Of a stretch of 64,000 nucleotides of DNA, positions 63,782 to 64,000 are shown in pieces. The stretch lies in assembly GCA_951406725.2 (NCBI GenBank), contig OX597816.1, forward strand, positions 152,396,001 to 152,460,000, written 5' to 3'. Each line of letters opens with the position of its first letter. Position 1 is the stretch's first letter. The notes beneath the pieces are model-generated. The model saw only the letters and a list, made by a program, of their open reading frames with translations, had not been told where the DNA came from and did not search any database. A program made the position numbers and the translations under genes. Origin of the DNA: Octopus vulgaris (taxonomy: Eukaryota).

Positions 63782-63784
<3 letters not shown>
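63369..63784. mobile_element. 416-bp rod-like imperfect foldback element G (MITE or structured RNA)
   Basis: End-to-end complementarity tcgtagcc...ggctacga with internal loops; followed by (TA)n at 63785-63846. Confidence 0.75.
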
Positions 63785-63849
<65 letters not shown>

Positions 63850-64000
63850 AAGATGAACGTCTGCGTGTCTGTCTAACTGTCGATTTATAGAAAAAAAGGC
63901 TATAGCATCCACATAAAAACTAAAAGTTAATTCTTGTGTAAATTTTTCCGAGGAAGACAATGGAAGTGGTTCCGAGTCTCTAGGTGCACCCCAATGGAGC

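Overview
AT-rich, microsatellite-dense eukaryotic (metazoan) DNA. The repeat content suggests an octopus or other coleoid cephalopod, but this is inference only. Four genes were reconstructed by hand from splice sites and recalled protein similarity: the last two coding exons and a probable long 3'UTR exon of transportin (TNPO1-like, +); a complete 18-coding-exon DNA ligase IV (LIG4, -, 907 aa, all intron phases consistent); TMEM234 with an intronless CDS (-); and 3-exon NDUFA6 (+, 124 aa), head-to-head with TMEM234/LIG4 across about 240 bp. Introns and intergenic DNA hold RTE and CR1-type LINE pieces, tRNA-derived SINEs, Tc1/mariner remnants, piggyBac-type MITEs, Helitron-type elements and an ORF1-only (HAL1-like) retroelement with a 16-bp TSD. 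The most striking unexplained signal is a set of at least 7 mostly dissimilar foldback elements next to (TA)n/(CA)n tracts. Each carries a hammerhead-ribozyme-like core (CUGANGA-stem-GAAA), and one (62769-62852, -) is a near-canonical minimal type I hammerhead. These are probably non-coding Penelope/retrozyme-like retroelements. A separate 416-nt rod-like, G.U-rich foldback lies at 63369-63784.
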